Of a stretch of DNA of 64,000 bases, positions 62,342 through 64,000 are shown in pieces. Both the position numbers and the translations under genes were made by a program. Source of the DNA: Patescibacteria group bacterium (lineage in GTDB: Bacteria; Patescibacteriota; Minisyncoccia; UBA6257; UBA9933); the NCBI GenBank assembly GCA_038062875.1, contig JBBTWF010000001.1:27769-91768 (forward strand), read 5' to 3'. Within the stretch, counting starts at the first letter, position 1; the number at the start of each line of letters is the position of its first letter. The notes beneath the pieces were generated by a model. That model worked only from the letters and a program-made list of their open reading frames with translations. It was not told where the DNA came from and made no database searches.

Positions 62342-62799
62342 CTATGGCTATTAACAATAATAATGACAAAATAATTATATATTGCGATGGAGGAAGTCGG
62401 GGAAATCCGGGACCGGCGGCTATCGGAGTTGTTATTAAAGAGGAAAGCGAAAAGAGAAAAGAGGGGAGAGAATATTCAAAATTCATCGGTGAGGCGACGA
62501 ATAACGAAGCCGAATATCAAGCGGTGATTTTTGGGTTGAAAAAAGTAAAACAATTAATCGGCAAAGAAAAAGCCAAAAAAGAAAAAATTGAGATTAAAGC
62601 AGACAGCGAATTAATCGTCAATCAACTGAACGCTGAATATAAAATTAAAGAAAAGGGCTTAATCCCGTTTTTTATTGAAATCTGGAATCTGCGGCAGGAT
62701 TTCGGAGAAGTGAATTTCGTTCATATCCCCAGAGAACAAAATAAAGAAGCCGACAGATTAGTGAATGGGGAATTAAACGGTAAAAATACGCTTTATTAA
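62320..62799 (+). CDS. rnhA: Ribonuclease HI
   Basis: IIIYCDGGSRGNPGPAAIG...EATNNEAEYQAVIFGL...D...H..N.EAD, RNase H-like catalytic residues. Confidence 0.85.
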   Translation: MEIYQKLTMAINNNNDKIIIYCDGGSRGNPGPAAIGVVIKEESEKRKEGREYSKFIGEATNNEAEYQAVIFGLKKVKQLIGKEKAKKEKIEIKADSELIVNQLNAEYKIKEKGLIPFFIEIWNLRQDFGEVNFVHIPREQNKEADRLVNGELNGKNTLY

Positions 62800-62807
62800 A
62801 CAAAAAA

Positions 62808-63162
62808 CCGGCAAGTCATAAGCCGGATTCTGTTCCGCCAATCGGCGGATAACGATAATTTGTCTGGGCCTTCGATTACTCTAGGGCTCTTGCGGTACTC
62901 TCCGACTTTACGTCGGAGTACGACCTTGCACCCAGTAAGGAATTTAGCCGTTTCACCTCTGCTTTTTTATCCCTATGGCAGAGCTAGACCTTCTACGTTA
63001 GGATCGGGTCTCCCGAACCTTTCGGTTCTAAGGCGTCACTGTTCGCACCTCTAAGATTACTCTCGACGGCTGTTAGCCGCTACAATTACCAACGCTAAGC
63101 GCTGGCTGGGTGTCCGGACTTTCCTCCCCGACTTACGCCGGAGCTATCGTCTGACTTGCCGA
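62808..63162 (-). ncRNA. rnpB: RNase P RNA (bacterial type A-like), minus strand
   Basis: The reverse complement contains GGGGAGGAAAGUCCGGACACCC (CR-I/P4), AGAGGUGAAACGGCU, and ACAGAAUCCGGCUUAUGA (CR-V/P4 3' strand). P1 pairs UCGGCAAGUCAG with UGACUUGCCGG, followed by UUUUUU. The GC-rich region carries only a spurious ORF (62860-63054). Confidence 0.8.
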
Positions 63163-63240
63163 TTTTTTATAATTATACTCCTTTAAAATAATTTTGTCAA
63201 CCACGGCTTATGATTTATGAGTGGCAATAAGCAATAGATT

Positions 63241-64000
63241 TCATTGACTTGTTGTAAATGATTGCCCTGTTGATGTGGCGGTATTATTTGCCGCATTTTT
63301 TGATTCCACAGCGAAATAATAAGTGCTACTCGCGGTTAAACCGCTTAAACCAAGTAAATGGCTCATTGACAAAGTCAAAGTGCTTACGGAAAGTGTACTG
63401 GTGCTTGAAACATCAAGCGGCGAAATAGTTGAATAATACGCTTTGCTGGTAGATGCTTCATTTGTTGTCCAAGTAATTGTTGCGGTGCTGGTGGTGGCAT
63501 TTACTGAAATTGCTGAAATTATCGGGGCAGTTGTATCAGGCGTTGAAGTCGCTTGTTCTAATTTTTTGGCTATTCCTATTGGCAATATTTGGCATAAAGG
63601 GATAATCGGTTGTTCGTCTTTCTGTTTTTTTAACCAGCCTGGAGCGATTAAATGGCCCGGCGGAACAATGGCGCAAAGCCGGCCGGCGTTAGATATTTTA
63701 TCATCGTCACTTTTTTCTTTTTCAGCTTTTTCAAACGCCAAAGGATGTTCTTTGAGCAATTCATTAAGTTTAAGTTTTGTTTTTGGACCGACAAATCCGA
63801 CTTTTTCCAAACTATGTTTTTCTTGGAATTTTCTGATTGCTTTTGTCGTAAGCGGACCGTAAAAACCGGTGATTAACCCTTCTGGATAAATGCTCGAATC
63901 AGCGGCTAAAAGCGCCTGAAGCGTCTTTACATTCTCGCCCCTATCTCCTTCTTTTAATGTGACTGCAATTTCCGAAATAGTTTGCGTTACTTCCTGCTGT
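63241..64000 (-). CDS. Exported protein with a peptidoglycan-binding domain (PG_binding_1-like) and a fibronectin type III-like domain; its 5' end lies beyond the window
   Basis: The reading frame continues upstream of the TTG at 63810 (…LKEGDRGENVKTLQALLAADSSIYPEGLITGFYGPLTTKAIRKFQEKHSL, a PGBD pattern). The C-terminal Thr/Ser-rich segment has an FN3-like ...TITWTT...YYF..... pattern. Confidence 0.5.
   Translation of the reverse strand, partial: QQEVTQTISEIAVTLKEGDRGENVKTLQALLAADSSIYPEGLITGFYGPLTTKAIRKFQEKHSLEKVGFVGPKTKLKLNELLKEHPLAFEKAEKEKSDDDKISNAGRLCAIVPPGHLIAPGWLKKQKDEQPIIPLCQILPIGIAKKLEQATSTPDTTAPIISAISVNATTSTATITWTTNEASTSKAYYSTISPLDVSSTSTLSVSTLTLSMSHLLGLSGLTASSTYYFAVESKNAANNTATSTGQSFTTSQ

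Noticed and set aside
62860-63054. Plus-strand 64-aa ORF in the GC-rich region
   Set aside because: The region is the RNase P RNA (rnpB) on the minus strand, with clear CR-I/CR-V motifs and P1 pairing. The ORF is a GC-driven artefact with no start context.

Overview
This window is a low-GC (about 33%), compact bacterial segment whose gene content points to a Candidate Phyla Radiation (Patescibacteria/Parcubacteria-like) genome. Three pointers support that: no rpmD (L30) between rpsE and rplO, an rpoA that lacks the alpha C-terminal domain, and lysine-rich tails on several r-proteins.

The backbone is a long plus-strand housekeeping cluster. It opens with an S10/spc ribosomal-protein block (rplW' through rplO, then secY-adk-map). 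The alpha-operon genes (infA-rpmJ-rpsM-rpsK-rpsD-rpoA-rplQ, then rplM-rpsI) sit about 17.6 kb further downstream. The intervening stretch carries glycosyltransferases, greA, lysS, serS, ligA, an interrupted gatC-[Cys-rich ORF]-gatA operon and ychF. Downstream are murA, two mreB paralogs (one in an mreBCD-mrdA cluster), frr, rseP, proS, a P-type ATPase, tpiA, murB, hpf, secA, lepA, tRNA-Gly(CCC), pgk, rnhA and, on the minus strand, an RNase P RNA (rnpB).

The observations that stand out are these.
- Short palindromic or tandem-heptamer sequences are inserted in frame inside many conserved housekeeping genes (rpsH, rpsE, ligA, murB, serS, gatA, gatC, tpiA, pgk, galT and a GT39 gene). They are analogous to Rickettsia palindromic elements. 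Related intergenic elements are built from opposed heptamer tandem repeats.
- A 592-aa multi-cysteine protein with no recognised family splits gatC from gatA, flanked by identical 18-bp palindromes.
- A protein matching only the coiled-coil-plus-helix-hairpin-helix (HhH) half of IS110-family recombinases has its own promoter. It is followed by nine direct repeats at 36-bp period and a strong terminator.
- A 730-bp GC-rich non-coding tract between rseP and proS carries long nested inverted repeats, which suggests structured RNA.
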